A stretch of DNA of 64,000 bases from Lama glama (GCA_028534125.1 CM052817.1:13828001-13892000); one strand, 5' to 3'; shown: positions 11,590 through 25,310, counted from the stretch's first letter. The notes: a model not told the origin generated them from the letters alone. Numbers and translations: made by a program.

Positions 11590-13269
11590 AACTCTGGCTC
11601 CCCAACAGGGCTGTAAGCTTTTGAAAAGAAAGAAATCTGTGTATTTCCTTTATATCCCTATCAGTCTCTTGTACAGTGCTGAGAATATAGTAGATGCTTG
11701 ACAAAATTTCCTGAAATTGTATTTAGGTTCATGATAACTAACTGAATTGAATCCTCCACCAGATAAATGTAATTCCATCATCTGTAAATTAAATTTTAAG
11801 TACAGGATTTTTCTAATTAAATGAACTTTAATAATTAATTTTTCATCTATTTTATGTTTTTATCTCCAAACAGAGCATTGTTCATGCTCAACTGCTTAAC
11901 TGGTTGAAATAAGCTCTTCCTCTGACAACTTCCTGTCAAGAGTTTATTTAAAACTCTGAGGTGCATTGCTTTAGGAGACTGACACATTGGTGATTTAACA
12001 TGGAGCCATGTCTAAATAATGGATGACAGTGGAGCTATTAATAAAGGAACCTATACTGTGGTGTCCTCGAAGACTCGTGAATAATGGGAAAGTTATCTTA
12101 AGTAGACTAACTGCCTGGTAAAGATTGTGGGCTCATGAAGAACTGTTGTCTCTTTTACTGCTCTAAATATTTCTGAGAAGGTTTTGTACTTAGCTGTTGT
12201 TCTTATTAAACTGCCAGATCCAATATGGAAGGAGGGGTTGTGCTTTGGTAATTTAGTATTCTGATCCTCCCGTCGTGAGATTTTCTATCATCAAAACAGC
12301 CTAGAGAATTAATATGCAGATTAAAAATAACCTCTGAGTGCCACTGAAAGCTAGAAGTCTATTATTTGCAGAGATTCAGGCATAGAAAAAAAAAGACACT
12401 CTATATAAAATAATTACCACTTACGTTCTGATTGCCATTTTCCTTTAAAAGTAAAATTATTTTTAAAAGGCATTTGCAGAAAAGTAGCTAGAGGTAGGCT
12501 TTATCTAATAACTTAGGTTATAAAAACAGAGAAATCAGTTTTATCATTATCGCCCAATATTGCACTTAATGTGCAAAACTTTGTATTATTAAAAAAGTTT
12601 CTCTTAGTATTTCTTCCAAGGACCTGCCAAAAGGGCTGCAATTTTCAATTCTTCCACCTTAAGCCCATGAAAAGAAATACAATTTTCTCAAACCCCTTCT
12701 TTAATGGAGATTTAAACTGAACTTCAAGCATTATTCAAAAACCTAAGGAGATCTCAATGAAAGTTAGGGATAGGAATCACAAAAGTAATATGCACAAAAA
12801 TTTAAGCTTTACCAATGGAAAATTAATAAAAATGAAGGAAAATTAAGCCCACTAATAGATTTTTAAGAACCTAAAAAAATTCACTAGATGTTATGCTTGA
12901 AAAGTGAAGATCTGTATGTAGCATTAAGCAATAGCGGAGTTTTAGCTCTAGATTAAGAATCAGAGAAACTGGATTTGAATTCCAGCTACACAATGGAAGT
13001 CCAGAAGAATCAGCAAGATCAAACCACCATGGTTCTAGATAACAAGAGAATTAGAGGGAGGCATGAGCACAAACCATGTCTTCAACGTGCTCGCCTCACC
13101 ACAAAAAATGTCCTAACATCAATATCTGCCATTCTTCCCTCCACCCACCTCCCAGGAGTCAGCTCCACTCTTCCAGGAAATCTTTGACTTAATCCAGGTT
13201 ACATCTTCCTTCTCCTCAGGGGTGGTCTAATGTCCCTGTACAGAGTACCTTACAACCCAGACATTGCAT

Positions 13270-13475
13270 TTACAAAGACCTGGATTTGAATCCTGACCCT
13301 GCAACTTATGATTGGGTGAAACTGATTTATCTTCTTCTTGTGCCTCGGTTTTTCCATCTGTAAAATGGGACTACTGATGTATCCTCACCTTACAGCCAGG
13401 AGGAGAAAATATGTAAAACACTTAGCACTATGCTGGCTGGTAGAAGGGTTTACCTGATAGAATCTTATTACTTAC
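13270..13475 (+). mobile_element. MIR SINE
   Basis: agacctggatttgaatcctgaccctgc...tgtgcctcggtttttccatctgtaaaatggg...tgtaaaacacttagcac. Confidence 0.85.
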
Positions 13476-14600
13476 TCTATACCTTAATGTCTCCTCAGAT
13501 CTGGAATAACACATTAAAGACCATGCATCACAGCTCAGATGTCAGCTCCTGCAAAAAGTCCCACCTGTATGCATCCTTGCCTCTCCTTGTCTTACTCTGT
13601 CCCTGGTCCATGCTTCTTTTGTTGCGCTGTGTATATGAAGATTTTTGACAAATTTTTTGTTAAATGAGGAATATAGATAATTTCCACAAGTTTGAATATA
13701 GTCCATCTTCCCATTTATGTATTAAAAAAGAGATAGGATATTTTATCCACATATCTTAAAGGTAAGACATAAATCCTTCCATTTTACTCAAATTTCTCTC
13801 TTATTAATTTAAAACTTGAACATCATGTAAACATTTTGATATATGTAGGTATATATATGAAATCTACCTTAAAACTGAAAAACCTACCCCAGCCCCTATT
13901 TTCCACAGTTTACACAAGTCACATTTTTTCATGCTGTTTTCTCATTTATCATCAGCCCTTTTCACACATGGAGACTGAACGCTAGGAGCAGACAAGCACA
14001 AGGTGATTCACTTGCTTAGTCTTTCCAGTGCTCCAGGGCTAATTTTTTTGCAAATACCCTTGGATGGACTTTGAAAAGATTCGTAGTACTTGTCTTGTAA
14101 CCTTGCATTATGAGCCCCAAAAGCACCAGCATCCAAATATCAGTGACAAAAGTATGCACTGATATCCATGCAGTGCGTGCTGGTGGCCCTTCTCTACAGA
14201 ACTTCCTGTAACAGTGCTTAGTTCTACAGGTACATATTGACAGCCAACTAATCTAATTACTCATGTTCACAAATTAACTGGAGTGATAACAGAATACATT
14301 ATCTCCGCTCTGACATGATTTTTGAGGTCTTCAGGGAGACCTATGTGATCATTTCAAGGATAAGCTTGAAACAACGGAACATCTTGGAGTAGTTTAAAAG
14401 GATCTGATTTATAAAGCATGGCTTAGATTACAAAGCATCTTCATTCCCTTGGTGCATTTTTTTTCAATTAATGTACATACTTCAATTAGCAAGTGGTGCA
14501 GCTTTGTTGTAATGAAAGATGTAAGCCTTTTTATGGCGAAGCTCAATAGCCAATGCTATAATCTACATTTCTTTGAGATTTAACTAAAAGAGACACTCAC

Positions 14601-14661
14601 TGACGTAACCAAATGAGTGTTCTTTTCTTAGTAACACTTTCTTCTCCTTTATCCTTTGAAA
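14601..14661 (-). other. Putative exon D (alternative acceptors at 14661 or 14653)
   Basis: TCA|gtgagt donor and purine-rich body; the acceptors lack a good pyrimidine tract, so it could instead be a first exon. Confidence 0.3.
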
Positions 14662-15359
14662 CTAAGCGCACGCATCACGTCCTCAGAAAGCCTGCCGGGC
14701 CCCTTACATCTGGGGGAGGCTCGTTCTCTGTGCCCACCTGGAATCCTACCCATGCCAGAATCATCATTACACTTCATCGTGGTCTTCCATCTCCTCAGGA
14801 GATGGAAGGGGGGACCAAGGCCTGCTGCCCGGCATATTCTGCAAGTGAAATGCTGCGTCAGAGACTAGGGATGGAAGATGAAGAAGGGCACCTCCCTTTG
14901 AGGGGATTCAGTTTAGTAGGAAACGTGGAAATGTAAACTAACAGGTTGGACTATGACCAGGGTATCTCCAAAATGCGATGAATGCAGACTAGTGAGAAAT
15001 CACTTCACAGTGGTGAAGATTTCACAAAGATCAATTCTCCAGACTAGCCATTTGTAAGAGATGTTGTAAGAGATAACCCCAGGGATAATTCTGATATGCA
15101 GTTATTAAATCACAATAAAAAAGATAATAGTAGAGCAATCAGAAAATGCAGCTAATACCTTTGTATTGCAGTGTGTCCTTGCTGGTTATGTGGCCATTGG
15201 CTATCACTGAATATAACAATAATTTGGTTTGATTCAGTATTTTCTAAGCACCAAATATTTGTAAGACCATGTATTAACTTCTATGAAGAACAGGAGGCTG
15301 AGTAAATCTGCTCTGCTGAGAAGAATGTAAGAGGAGAATTTATTCTGAACTAGACCCTG

Positions 15360-15560
15360 CCTATATGCAGGCACTGTACTGGGTGGTTTCCCTATACTAG
15401 ACTATTTAATTTTCATGAACAGCCCAGAAGGAAGGTATTATTGTTCCTATTTTAGAGATTATAGAACTGAGGACCAGCGAGGTTGAGTAACTTTTTCAGT
15501 GTCATACAGCTGAGAAGTGGCAGAGCCAGAATTCAAAACCAGCTCCTTTTACCCCAAGCC
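15360..15560 (-). mobile_element. MIR SINE
   Basis: ctatatgcaggcactgtactggg...attgttcctattttagag...aactgaggac...gaggttgagtaact...ggcagagccagaattcaaaacc. Confidence 0.85.
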
Positions 15561-15889
15561 TTGCTTCTTTCTATCCCTGGTACATGGCCTCCAAAATGAA
15601 ATACTACACAATTTAGGGAGCTAGAGAAAATATGCAAATATCCCTATTGTGTGAAGAATATTCTAGATCAAGTATAAACAAAGAATGGTATTCAAAGGAG
15701 GAAAATTAAGTCTTCATGGAGAAGGTTCCAAGAAATTTGCAAATATTTCTGATGCTGAAGTGAGAATGAGACTAACAGAATATTCAGTATCTATCCTTCT
15801 AGTAAGCCTCATACAGAAATACAGATGATAATAGCTACTTTGAATACCTATTATGAATTTTAATGATAATACTAACAACCAACACTCAC

Positions 15890-16080
15890 TGAGAGTGACT
15901 ACTACACACCAGGCAGGGTGAGAAGCTACACTATCTTATCCACTTTTCACCATGACCCAGGAAGTAGATGTTACTGTATCTCATTCAATATACCAGAAAA
16001 CTGAGGTGTAGAATTTAAGTAACTTGCCCAAGTTTCACAGTTAAATAGGATGTAGAGCTGACTTTCAAAAACCCACATTT
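15890..16080 (-). mobile_element. MIR SINE
   Basis: tactacacaccaggca...gaaaactgaggtgtagaatttaagtaacttgcccaagtttcacag. Confidence 0.75.
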
Positions 16081-17154
16081 CTAGTACTGTGTTCCATGAC
16101 CTGCCATTCTTAACTGCAAAATAACTTTAGCCCAGTGTCAGATCCACAATAAATGCTTGACAATAATTATAAAGTCTGCTATCACTTATCAGTCATATTA
16201 TTTCCAAAGGCACAAAAGTGAGACCAACAAAACCGACTTCAGAGAAGTGTTGGTGGCGAGCCTCGGAGGCGAGGGCTTAGCGTAGGGAGTGGCTGGAGGT
16301 ATGCTCAGGCAAGTTGGGAGCACAAAATGCAGGTATGTCAAGGTCAGCAGGAGTCCGATCTTGATTTAAGAAGTTATCATCAAACAGTAAGCTTTTGTAG
16401 CAGAACAATAATCTAGTTAGAACCCAACTTTTTAAATGCACATTTAAAATTCACATTTGAAGTGAAAGATCAATGAGCTAGACTCGGAAAGTGATCAGAC
16501 ATGAGCTGCGAGGGGGAAAGTAAGAATAAAAAGTAAGTTTTGAGAAACTGAGCTTAAGTGGGTGAGAGGGATTGGGTGATAACTTAAATAAAACTGAGTA
16601 AAAAGGAATAAAAAACAGGGCGAGACTGGGAATGGGACAAAGGCATTGAAGGGGTAAGAAGAGGAAAATACCAACCAGGTTTTGGGAAACTTTGACTTAT
16701 AGGAGCCAACGTGACATACACCTGACAGTGTCCAGCAGGCTGTTAGAACTTCGTGTGACTGAGTATAACCCATAAGAGAAAAAGACAGGATTAATAGTGC
16801 AGATTTTGGAATTATCTAGAACTGTGCACTATTAGATTGGTTAATGTTTACTCACTGTATCTAAAGTAGCTTCTGGTTACTAACTCCTTGGATAGATGAT
16901 AGATTGATAGGTTGACTGATGGTAGAATTTTCAGTACCTGAAATTATGTATGCTGTGTACAATTACCTTTATTTTTATTACCTGTATTCTTCACTCCATG
17001 ATTATAGGGACTACATTCAACTGGTTGACTACTATATTCCTAGGTTTTGGAGTAATGCTTGGCATACAGAAGGCACTCAGTTTCTCATGAATGAATCAGT
17101 GAACGAAAAAAGAGGTTTTTATATTGATAATGAAGAACTTGCTCTTTATTTCTA

Positions 17155-17310
17155 ATAGGGTATTGACACTTCTGGGTAGATGAGGAAACCTATGAACTAT
17201 CTGCTTTGAAAAAGGCATTCACACCACAATTTCTCATACAATTATGAAGAATTCATAGATCCTCTGAGGCTCATGGATTAGTCTCCATGGAATTCGGGAT
17301 AAAAGTCTGT
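17155..17310. mobile_element. hAT-Charlie (Charlie4z-like) remnant
   Basis: aaacctatgaactatct...cacaatttctcatacaattatgaagaattcatagatcctctgagg. Confidence 0.45.
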
Positions 17311-17584
17311 GGGCTCAGTGTTTCTCTCACTGCAAGCCTTGAGAAGGACCTAAATTTAGGATTTCTGCTTTATTTTTTATAATTGATTTTAAAATGTCTC
17401 AATAAAATGTCTCATATGTGTGTGATAGCTAACTCTAATTTATATCCTAGTTAGTATTTGAAGTACCCAAGTTAGGGGTTTAACTTCCAGAGATGCCTAC
17501 TGCAAATATTAACAATACTTTCAGGATTTCTAGAAATATTTTTCCATTGATACATCAATTTCAAAAAAAAAATGTAGTTGGATT

Positions 17585-17950
17585 GACACTACCAAATGCT
17601 AGCGAGAATATGGAGTAACAAGGAACTTCCTTTCATTGCTGGTGGAAATACAAAATGGTCAGCCACTTCGGAAGACAGTCTGGCCATTTCCTATAAAATT
17701 AAACATGTTCTTTCCATGTGATCCAGCAATTGTGTTCCCTGATATTTACCCAAAGGAGCTGAAGATTTATGTGCACACAAAAACCTGCAAACAGATGTGT
17801 ATAGTAGCTTTATTCATAATTGTCAAAACTTGGAAACAACCAAGATGTCCTTCAGTAGGCGAATGGATAAACACACCACGGTCCAGCTACACAATGGAAT
17901 GTTATTCAGTGCTAAAAAGATACGTGCTAAAAAGAAATAAAGATATGGAA
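17585..17950 (+). mobile_element. Old L1M ORF2 3'-end fragment
   Basis: cattgctggtggaaatacaaaatgg, gatccagcaatt, cacaaaaacctg, tggaaacaaccaagatgtccttcagtaggcgaatggataaac; accounts for track ORF 17636-18040. Confidence 0.9.
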
Positions 17951-18289
17951 GAAATTTTGTTTTTAAAATTAGAACATTGGTCACTTTCTAGAAAAAATTT
18001 AGTAGAACAGTGGAGCAAAAATTTTTGTAATAAGGAGTGATGAAAAACTTACTGAGTGCCTATTTTATGCAAAATTCTACTCAAGGTTTTGTCTCAAAAA
18101 CACATTATATAAGGCAGACTTTCTGAATTTAAACAATGTTTGAGTTGAAGATTCTTTAAACAGCCTAAGAAGATATTACAAAAAATACTGTCCAAGAATG
18201 GTGAAGATAAAAATAGCTATTAATTATTTATTCGGTCTTTAATTCATTTATTCCTCTTTTATTTATTTTACCATCCATTTTATTCACCC

Positions 18290-18800
18290 TTCCTTTGGTA
18301 CAATGGTACCAAGTTCTCCTTTTAGGTAAGCACTCTTCCCCTATTTTCACTATTAGCTAATAGATGACACCACCATCAGCTCTAGGGATGGGCCCAAACT
18401 GGGTTAAAAACAATTGATTTAATGTCCCGGTGACACTAATTGATTGATGAACGGGGTCGTGGCTCAATTCAGGTCAATGAGAATATGGTTCAGGAATCGT
18501 GTCAGACGCCTAGGGAATAGTTCTCTTTTTTTGCATCTGGTAGAAGTTTAGGGTCCAGAACTAAGGCCTTTTGCTGCTACTTGAGGCCAAGCCTAGAATA
18601 CTTAGAATAACAGCGGTCCTCAGCCTGGAAGGCATAGGAAAGAAGAAAGAAATTGGGACTCAGGTGTGATATGATGCTGGATTCACCCCTCACCTGAAGC
18701 TCACTCTTAGATAATTTCTAAAAGTTTAGAAGTATCTCTAAACTTTTCAGGTATATGAGTCAATATCCCTTTACTGTACAAACTGGTACGATCTGAATTT
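18290..18800 (+). mobile_element. Old MaLR LTR (MLT1J/K-like)
   Basis: cagctctagggatgggccc...gtcgtggctcaattcaggtcaatgaga...cctgaagc...tttcaggtatatgagtcaata. Confidence 0.5.
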
Positions 18801-19449
18801 TATGAAGTTAACAATTTAATAAAATTTTGTAAATATTTTAAAGTCTTTGGTAGCTTATAAAAAAGGTAGAGACTCAAGTTCATGAAGGCAAAGAATGGGC
18901 TAAATCTAGAAGGATCGAAATCAGAAACAAAGGCCCTTCAGGCAGCTTGGGCTTTTAGATAATACATTGCTCATTGCTCTGTGCTCTAGAAGCCTGCCCC
19001 CTAGACTCCAGTTGACACTGATGTCATCCAATCCCGCATTAGAGCTCATTGTTCAAATCTTTCTTTTTTTCACTGGATTGTAAATGAACCCCCCAGCCTG
19101 CCGCTCATCACTTGTGTAATGCCGGTCACATAGTAAACAGCTGCAACATTACACTGACTTCTTGAGCAGCAGGGAGAGATGTGGTGAGGGCCTCATTTGG
19201 CAGATTATCTTGGCCGCAGCGGGTTGAAAGACTGGAATGGGATAAGGAGGAATGGAGAGGGAGGCCAATTAGGAATGCATCTCAGTATTCCAAGGCAGAA
19301 CATGTAAGAGCTCAGAGAAGTAAATCAGCAAAATGTTAAGATCTAATTCTAGACAGCCACATGAATAAAACGGACATGGCCTCACAGACAGAATGTTCAT
19401 ACAGAATTTCTTTATCCTGTTCTCTTTTATTCATATGAAGTTCTTAAAA

Positions 19450-19555
19450 CCGTTGCCCATGGAAACATTCAGTAGAAAGCTGACCAGCATTTGGAGGCAT
19501 CTATCAGATCAAGCATTGATCAAAGAGCCCGCTTCCTTTTCCTACTGAGTCAATC
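19450..19555. promoter_or_regulatory. Candidate enhancer: RFX X-box, TCF/LEF and AP-1 motifs
   Basis: GTTGCCCATGGAAAC 19452-19466, ATCAAAG 19519-19525 and TGAGTCA 19546-19552 in non-repetitive DNA. Confidence 0.3.
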
Positions 19556-20499
19556 ATTCTAAATAGAGACTGCACAGGTCTCTTAAAGCAACAGAAGTGA
19601 ATAGAACTGGATTCCAGGAAGGCAGTGTTCTTCCCATCCCCAAAATATAAGCAAGCTTGAAATTAAAAATTGTATAATTTGAAAAAGTTAATGTTTAAAA
19701 CACCTCAAGTATTTTCCAATTTCTGTTGTATTTTAGAGTGTTGACTTTCCACTTTCTCTCATGGTGGCATGATGTTGGGTATAAAGAGGAATTCACAATC
19801 TAAGGAAAAAGCACTGGTTGAAAAAAAAAAAACTTTAATGCAGTTGAATGAGAGAGACTATCTCCTAGAACAAACTTTGGAAACAGGTCCGCTATCCATT
19901 TTCACAGCTGAGTGAGGAAATTTTCTACAGATTCAATCTTAAAGGGCAACACACATCCCACCCCTTTTATAAAACAGAGTTTCTTCCATCTTTCTAATTT
20001 AAAGGTAATATTCCATCATTTAAAAATTTTTGGAAAATTAAGATATAAAACGGAAAGAAGGATGGAATCACCCATGATTTAATCTCTTAACTTTACTGTA
20101 GATATCCTTTAAAAATTATTTGGAGTATTATTTATATGAACATCCTATGTAAATTTTTTCATCTTTGTGGTTTTTGCTTAAATGCCACTTCCTTAGACAA
20201 ATCTTCCTTGGCCTATAATTTGTAATTCTGTCTCTTCCCTGTCTCCTCTATTCTTTTCCATAGTGCACAGTTCTTTGCTTTGTGATTGTGTGTATTTTGA
20301 TACCAGTGTTGCACGTGAGGTCAGGATCCTGGTTGTCTTCTTCAGTATCACATGCTCAACATGAGGCAAGTCCTTGGCATATAACACACACTCAGGATAA
20401 ATATTTGTGGAAATGTTTTCAGGTACTGTGGCGCAGTGGTTTGTGGCAGCGTGTTCTACAGCCAGGCTTGGGCTAGAACCCTGCTGAGGAAGGCAGAAT

Positions 20500-20880
20500 A
20501 CTGTATGTTACTTTACACAGTAAAAGGAAACTCACAGGTAGGGCTAAACTTGAGATGGAAAATTATCCCAGATTATCCCGTGGGCCCAATGGAATAACAA
20601 AGGTTAAAGTCCTCATAAGAAGGATGCAAGAGGGTCAAAGTGAGCAAGAGAGGATGTGATGACAAGCTGAGAGAGAGAAAGAGAAGGAAGATGCTATGCT
20701 ACTGGCCTCTAGAATCTAGAAAAGACAAGGAAACATTCTCCCTGGAGCCTCCAGAAGGAACCAGCCCTGCCAACCCATTTTAGTCCCCTGACCTGCAGAA
20801 CTCTGTATAAGAGAGTAAATTTGTGTTGCTTTAAGTCACTCTGTTCATGGCCATTTGTTCCAGTAGCTGTGGGAAACTCG
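20500..20880 (+). mobile_element. MaLR LTR (MLT1D-like)
   Basis: cttgagatggaaaattatcccagattatcccgtgggcccaatg...ctggagcctccagaaggaaccagccctgc...taaatttgtgttgctttaag. Confidence 0.85.
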
Positions 20881-20889
20881 CCTGCCTGC

Positions 20890-21070
20890 TGTGCATGTGA
20901 AAAGTCTCAGGCAAGTTAGTCATCATCTGGCCCTATGCCTCACTTTTCTTGCCTGTAAAATGGAAAACAAAGCAGTACCTGTCTCACAGCATAGTTTAAA
21001 TCTGTAAATACATACAAAACATGTAGAGCAGTGCTTGGAATGTCCTATGGTTTCAATAAATATTAACTGT
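20890..21070 (+). mobile_element. MIR SINE
   Basis: ggcaagttag...tgcctcacttttcttgcctgtaaaatgg...gtacct...tcaataaatattaact. Confidence 0.75.
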
Positions 21071-21424
21071 TGGTAAAGGACAAATGACCAAGTTAATGCA
21101 ATGAGTATTAATGATCCCTTTCTTATTCTTCAATTTGCAAATGCAATCTACTGGTGATACATTTCCCAAAATGACTTAGTCGACCAAAATCAGGTATGAG
21201 TGTGTGTCTCTTTCTTTGTATAACAATCTTCAGTTTGACTGTCTGGTTAGCTTATCTGCTGGGAGGAGGGACAGTCCTCAGTCATCTTTAGTCTCTGATT
21301 TATCTTTAGGTGCCCCATATCTACATCTGGTCTCTCCCTCTCTCGCTCTGACTTGCCCACCAGTTGTCTTGTCCTCAGTTCTAAAGATCTTCCAAGTGCT
21401 TTAAGGTGATCCTTCATAATTGTT

Positions 21425-21810
21425 CATGTCTTAGTCTGGGCTGCTATAACCAAATACCATACATCGGGTGGATTAATCAAAAGAAATTTATTTCTAACAG
21501 TCCTGGAGGTTAGGAAGTCCAAGATCAAGGAACAGAGAGATTGAGTGTCTGGTAAGAGCTTGCTTCCTGTACATCACCACCTTCTTGTGGCTCACGTGAC
21601 CTGTTTTTGGTGCTTGCAGGAAGAGAGAGGGAGGCGTCTCATGCCTCCTCTTTTTATAAGGACATTAATCCCACCATGAGGATCCTATCCTCACAATTTA
21701 ATCTAAACCCAACTACCTTCCCAGAGCACCACTTCCAAATACCATTCCAATGAGTGCGAGCTAGGGCCTTATGTATGCATTTGGTGGGGATACGAACAAC
21801 ACTCAGCACA
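21425..21810 (-). mobile_element. MaLR LTR (MLT1A/MST-like)
   Basis: tgtcttagtctgggctgctataacc...agaaatttatttctaacagtcctggagg...gaagtccaagatcaagg...tataaggacattaatccc. Confidence 0.85.
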
Positions 21811-22059
21811 TGACATTTTTCCTCTGTATCCCAACTCCAGAGGCTACTGATGCCCTGTATCTACCTCAGGTTATCAGGTTTCCACATTAGCATCTCAGTT
21901 TTCACTTGTAGTGGGGCTCTGGCTCTCAGCCCAGTATAATAAAACTGTAATAGGGAAGATCTTTTCAATATCATTGTAGTTAAACACAGGATTTAGAGGT
22001 TGTCTTGTGTTTGGGTTCTGGCTCTGTAGCTTCTTTTTATCCATAGGGAGAATGACCTT

Positions 22060-22180
22060 AAGCCCCACTTTACCTGGGACAGCCCTGATTTGTAATTACT
22101 GGCCCAGAATAATTACTAATAATGCCCTCCTTTACTCCTGAAAGCATCCTGGTTTGTACAGTAAATTATACAATCACTCT
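22060..22180. mobile_element. MER81/MER94-like DNA transposon
   Basis: tttacctgggacagccctgattt...aataatgccctcctttactc...tcctggtttgtacagtaaattatacaatcactct. Confidence 0.55.
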
Positions 22181-24319
22181 GTCCTCTACTTTGGACTTTT
22201 GATGAGTCAGTATGTCTGAGGGTTTATTCTTCATCTCTAAAATGCAACAACACTCTCCCTCTCATGGATGCTGGAGGGAGCAAGTAACATGAACAATGAT
22301 CTTGGTATACAGTCGATGCTCACTCTGGGTTAGTTTCCTTCCTTTTCAATCATGACTGAGCACCTTAAAACCAAGACAAGAAATGCAATCATACTGGGGT
22401 CCACTGATTAATTAGATTTGGAAGAAGGTATTTAAAAGTAGTATTTTGCTGGAGATGGAGACACAGGCTTAGTCAGCTTGCCAATGGCCTAAAGCTGGGA
22501 AGGACCACCGAAGTCATAAAAACCTCGGAAACAGAAAAGATCTTACTCATCATCAAGTCCAATCTCCCCCATCAAATACTGAAACCTCCCTGCAACATCC
22601 CTGGCAGGACCATCTGTTAATTATTAATATCAGTTGTTAATATTTATAGAGTGCATACCATGTCCAGAACATCATGCCAACAGCCTTCGACTTATTACCT
22701 TAAATTATCTTTATAAGAACTCTAGAAGGTAAGTACTATGAACGTCACCGTGAAGGTGAGATTTGCAAGTTCATATAGTCAGAATCCAGTCTCTTGTCTC
22801 CTAATGACCTTTCAGTGGCCACATGGGACTTTGGTGAAATCACTGAAAACCTAAAATTTATATTTTGGGAGCAGAGAGTTCAAAATGCCCTTAAAATTTT
22901 TAGATAATTTACAGGAGTTTCTTCATTGTAAAGACTGCTATATTTTTATGGACTTTATTCTGCAAATCTTAATTCCTATTTGTAAGTAGTTCTTAATCAC
23001 CATGGACTGCTACGATACCTTGAAACACAGAGAGGTCCTCTGTACTTACTGGGCAATGACAAAAATCACACATTAGATTTTTTTTTTCCCAGAGAAAACA
23101 ATTGGTTTTAAGGTCTGGGAGAATTTTTTTTTAATTAACCAATGAATAATCCATATGCAATGACTGAACAGTTGACAGAGAAGCACTGAAGTGAAGTGGA
23201 AAGTGTTCAGAGTTTGGCAGAGAGAAAAACTTCATGCTTGTTGATCTGAATAGTTAGTTATGTGAGCTTGAACTAATTATTTTACTACTTTGTGACTTAG
23301 TTACCCTTCTGTAAAATGGAAGCTTGGCTTAGATTGTCACTAACATCCTTTCAAGTTTGACCAGACCCTTTGGTTGAACCAGATTCTCTGAAATATGGCC
23401 TAGATTCCATGCAAATCGTCACTTTGGCAACACAGCCTGGTGCTTAGAAAGAGCTCAGGGCATTCAGAAGAATTCAGTTTTATATTTCACAGATGGAAAC
23501 TAATTGAAATTCTGTGGGTAGATCAAGTGTAACAACAGAAGCTTGCACAGGCCTGTAGCAGACCCTTAGCCCAGAACAGTTTCAGTCTGTCAACAGCACT
23601 GAGCATCTTGCAGTGAAATCAGTAATCATCTGTCTTTCTTAGGGAAAGTCATCACCGAGAGCAGTTTTGTTGGGTCAAGGGCACCAAGTTGCTTATTTGG
23701 GGATGGATCATGCTCAGGACCTTGGTAACTGGGATCACTTTCCCGATTCTGTGCTGATAGATATTTAACTTGGTCCAGAGCAGAAGCAATAGTTTCTTCT
23801 AAGGAAGTGTGTTCATCAGTCACAGCTCGCTGTGCCCTGACATTTTCAAGACAGTCCCAGTTTTAGCTTCTCCTCTGTGTCCCCTTCTTAAGCCCATTCT
23901 TCTCTAAGGGTTTCTTCCCCAACGTTTGAAACATACAACTGGTCTACCGTTTCTAGCTCCCTTTCACTGCTCTTTTCTCTTCTGTGGCATCTTATGAGAT
24001 TGTCTCTCACCTGCTTATGCTTACATATTTGGGTTTATCTACACTTGTGTCTAAAACTGACTCTTAAGTTCCAGTTCTATGACTTCTACCCCAAACAGTC
24101 AACTTGAAACTACTCTCTCAACAGTCAAAAATGACCAACTAGTTATCAAGATCAATTCCATTCTAATTATTTATTGACTGCATGTGTTATGCTCTGACTC
24201 ATGCTTGAAGCTGAGGATTCAAATACATCCTTCCATCTACTCCATAGAATTCACAAGCACCTGGAGGAATAGACAGATAAATTATGCTTTACTTCAGTGA
24301 AACTTATTGGTTTTACAGA

Positions 24320-24560
24320 ACAGAGCTTCTCAAATCGTCTGTGGTGAAGGATTAATTTGTTTTGTTTTGTTGTTTTCCCAATCCATGTACACAGACACAT
24401 TTGTAACATACAACATAGTACTTATGGATATTGTGACAATATCAATTTGCCACCATAGTTTCTAAATGCTTACTCTCAATTCCTGCATTTTATCCTTGCA
24501 AATGGGCAGCTAACAGTTTGCAAACAGTCCTCTCCTGCAGACTATAATATGAGTAGCACT
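24320..24560. mobile_element. hAT-Charlie (MER119-like) DNA transposon
   Basis: cagagcttctcaaatcgtctgtggtgaagga...tttctaaatgcttactctcaatt...tgagtagcact. Confidence 0.5.
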
Positions 24561-24967
24561 TAGTTTAAGAAGCTAAAATAAAACGCCATTAGAACACAAG
24601 TAAGTGTGCAGCTCCTACTGGCTGAGGCGCAGAGAGTGGCCTCATGGAGTCACACTGGGATCGACTATTTAGTTCTCTTCTTCCTCCATCTTTGCATCTT
24701 TGGAGGCCAACAACTACCTCCATCTTACAGGTTGTCTTCCTTCACTTCCATCAGATTGCACTAGATCTGTTCACCTCCACTCTTCGGAATCACACTGTTC
24801 TTTCATTTCTCATTTTTCCTCCTGCCCCTTACCCAGTAACAGACTGCTCCTCATCAGTGTGCTCTCCTTCTGCTCTCCATCGGCCCCCTCACATGCTTCT
24901 TCAGCACCTGTCTTGACTGGGCAGTCAGGGCTCACCACGCAAAGGCAGACAGAGCTCTGAACACACC

Positions 24968-25017
24968 TTTCTTCTGTTTCGTTTCTATAATGTTTCTTCT
25001 GTTTCGTTTCTATAATG
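24968..25017. repeat. Perfect 25-bp tandem duplication
   Basis: tttcttctgtttcgtttctataatg x2. Confidence 0.95.
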
Positions 25018-25262
25018 TCTCCTCTTGGTGCTGAAACTCAAGGCCTCTGTGATCTAATTCCCATCTATCCGGTTGTTTTCATCACAAATATCTAATCATG
25101 TTTGCAATCCTGCCCCAAAGCTGAATTATTTACTGTTTTTCAGTGGATCCTAGAATCATACATCTTCATGCCTTCAATCATGCTTTTTCTCCCCTTCTGT
25201 CTTACGAGTGCTCCCCACTCTTCACTTCTCCCCAGCAGCCCTGCCTGCCCCAGCAGACCTCT

Positions 25263-25263
<1 letters not shown>

Positions 25264-25303
<40 letters not shown>

Positions 25304-25310
25304 CACACAC
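25264..25310. repeat. (CA)n microsatellite
   Basis: Directly visible CA run. Confidence 0.97.

Noticed and set aside
17636..18040. 134-aa ORF as a host gene
   Set aside because: It is a translation of a degraded L1 ORF2 3' end
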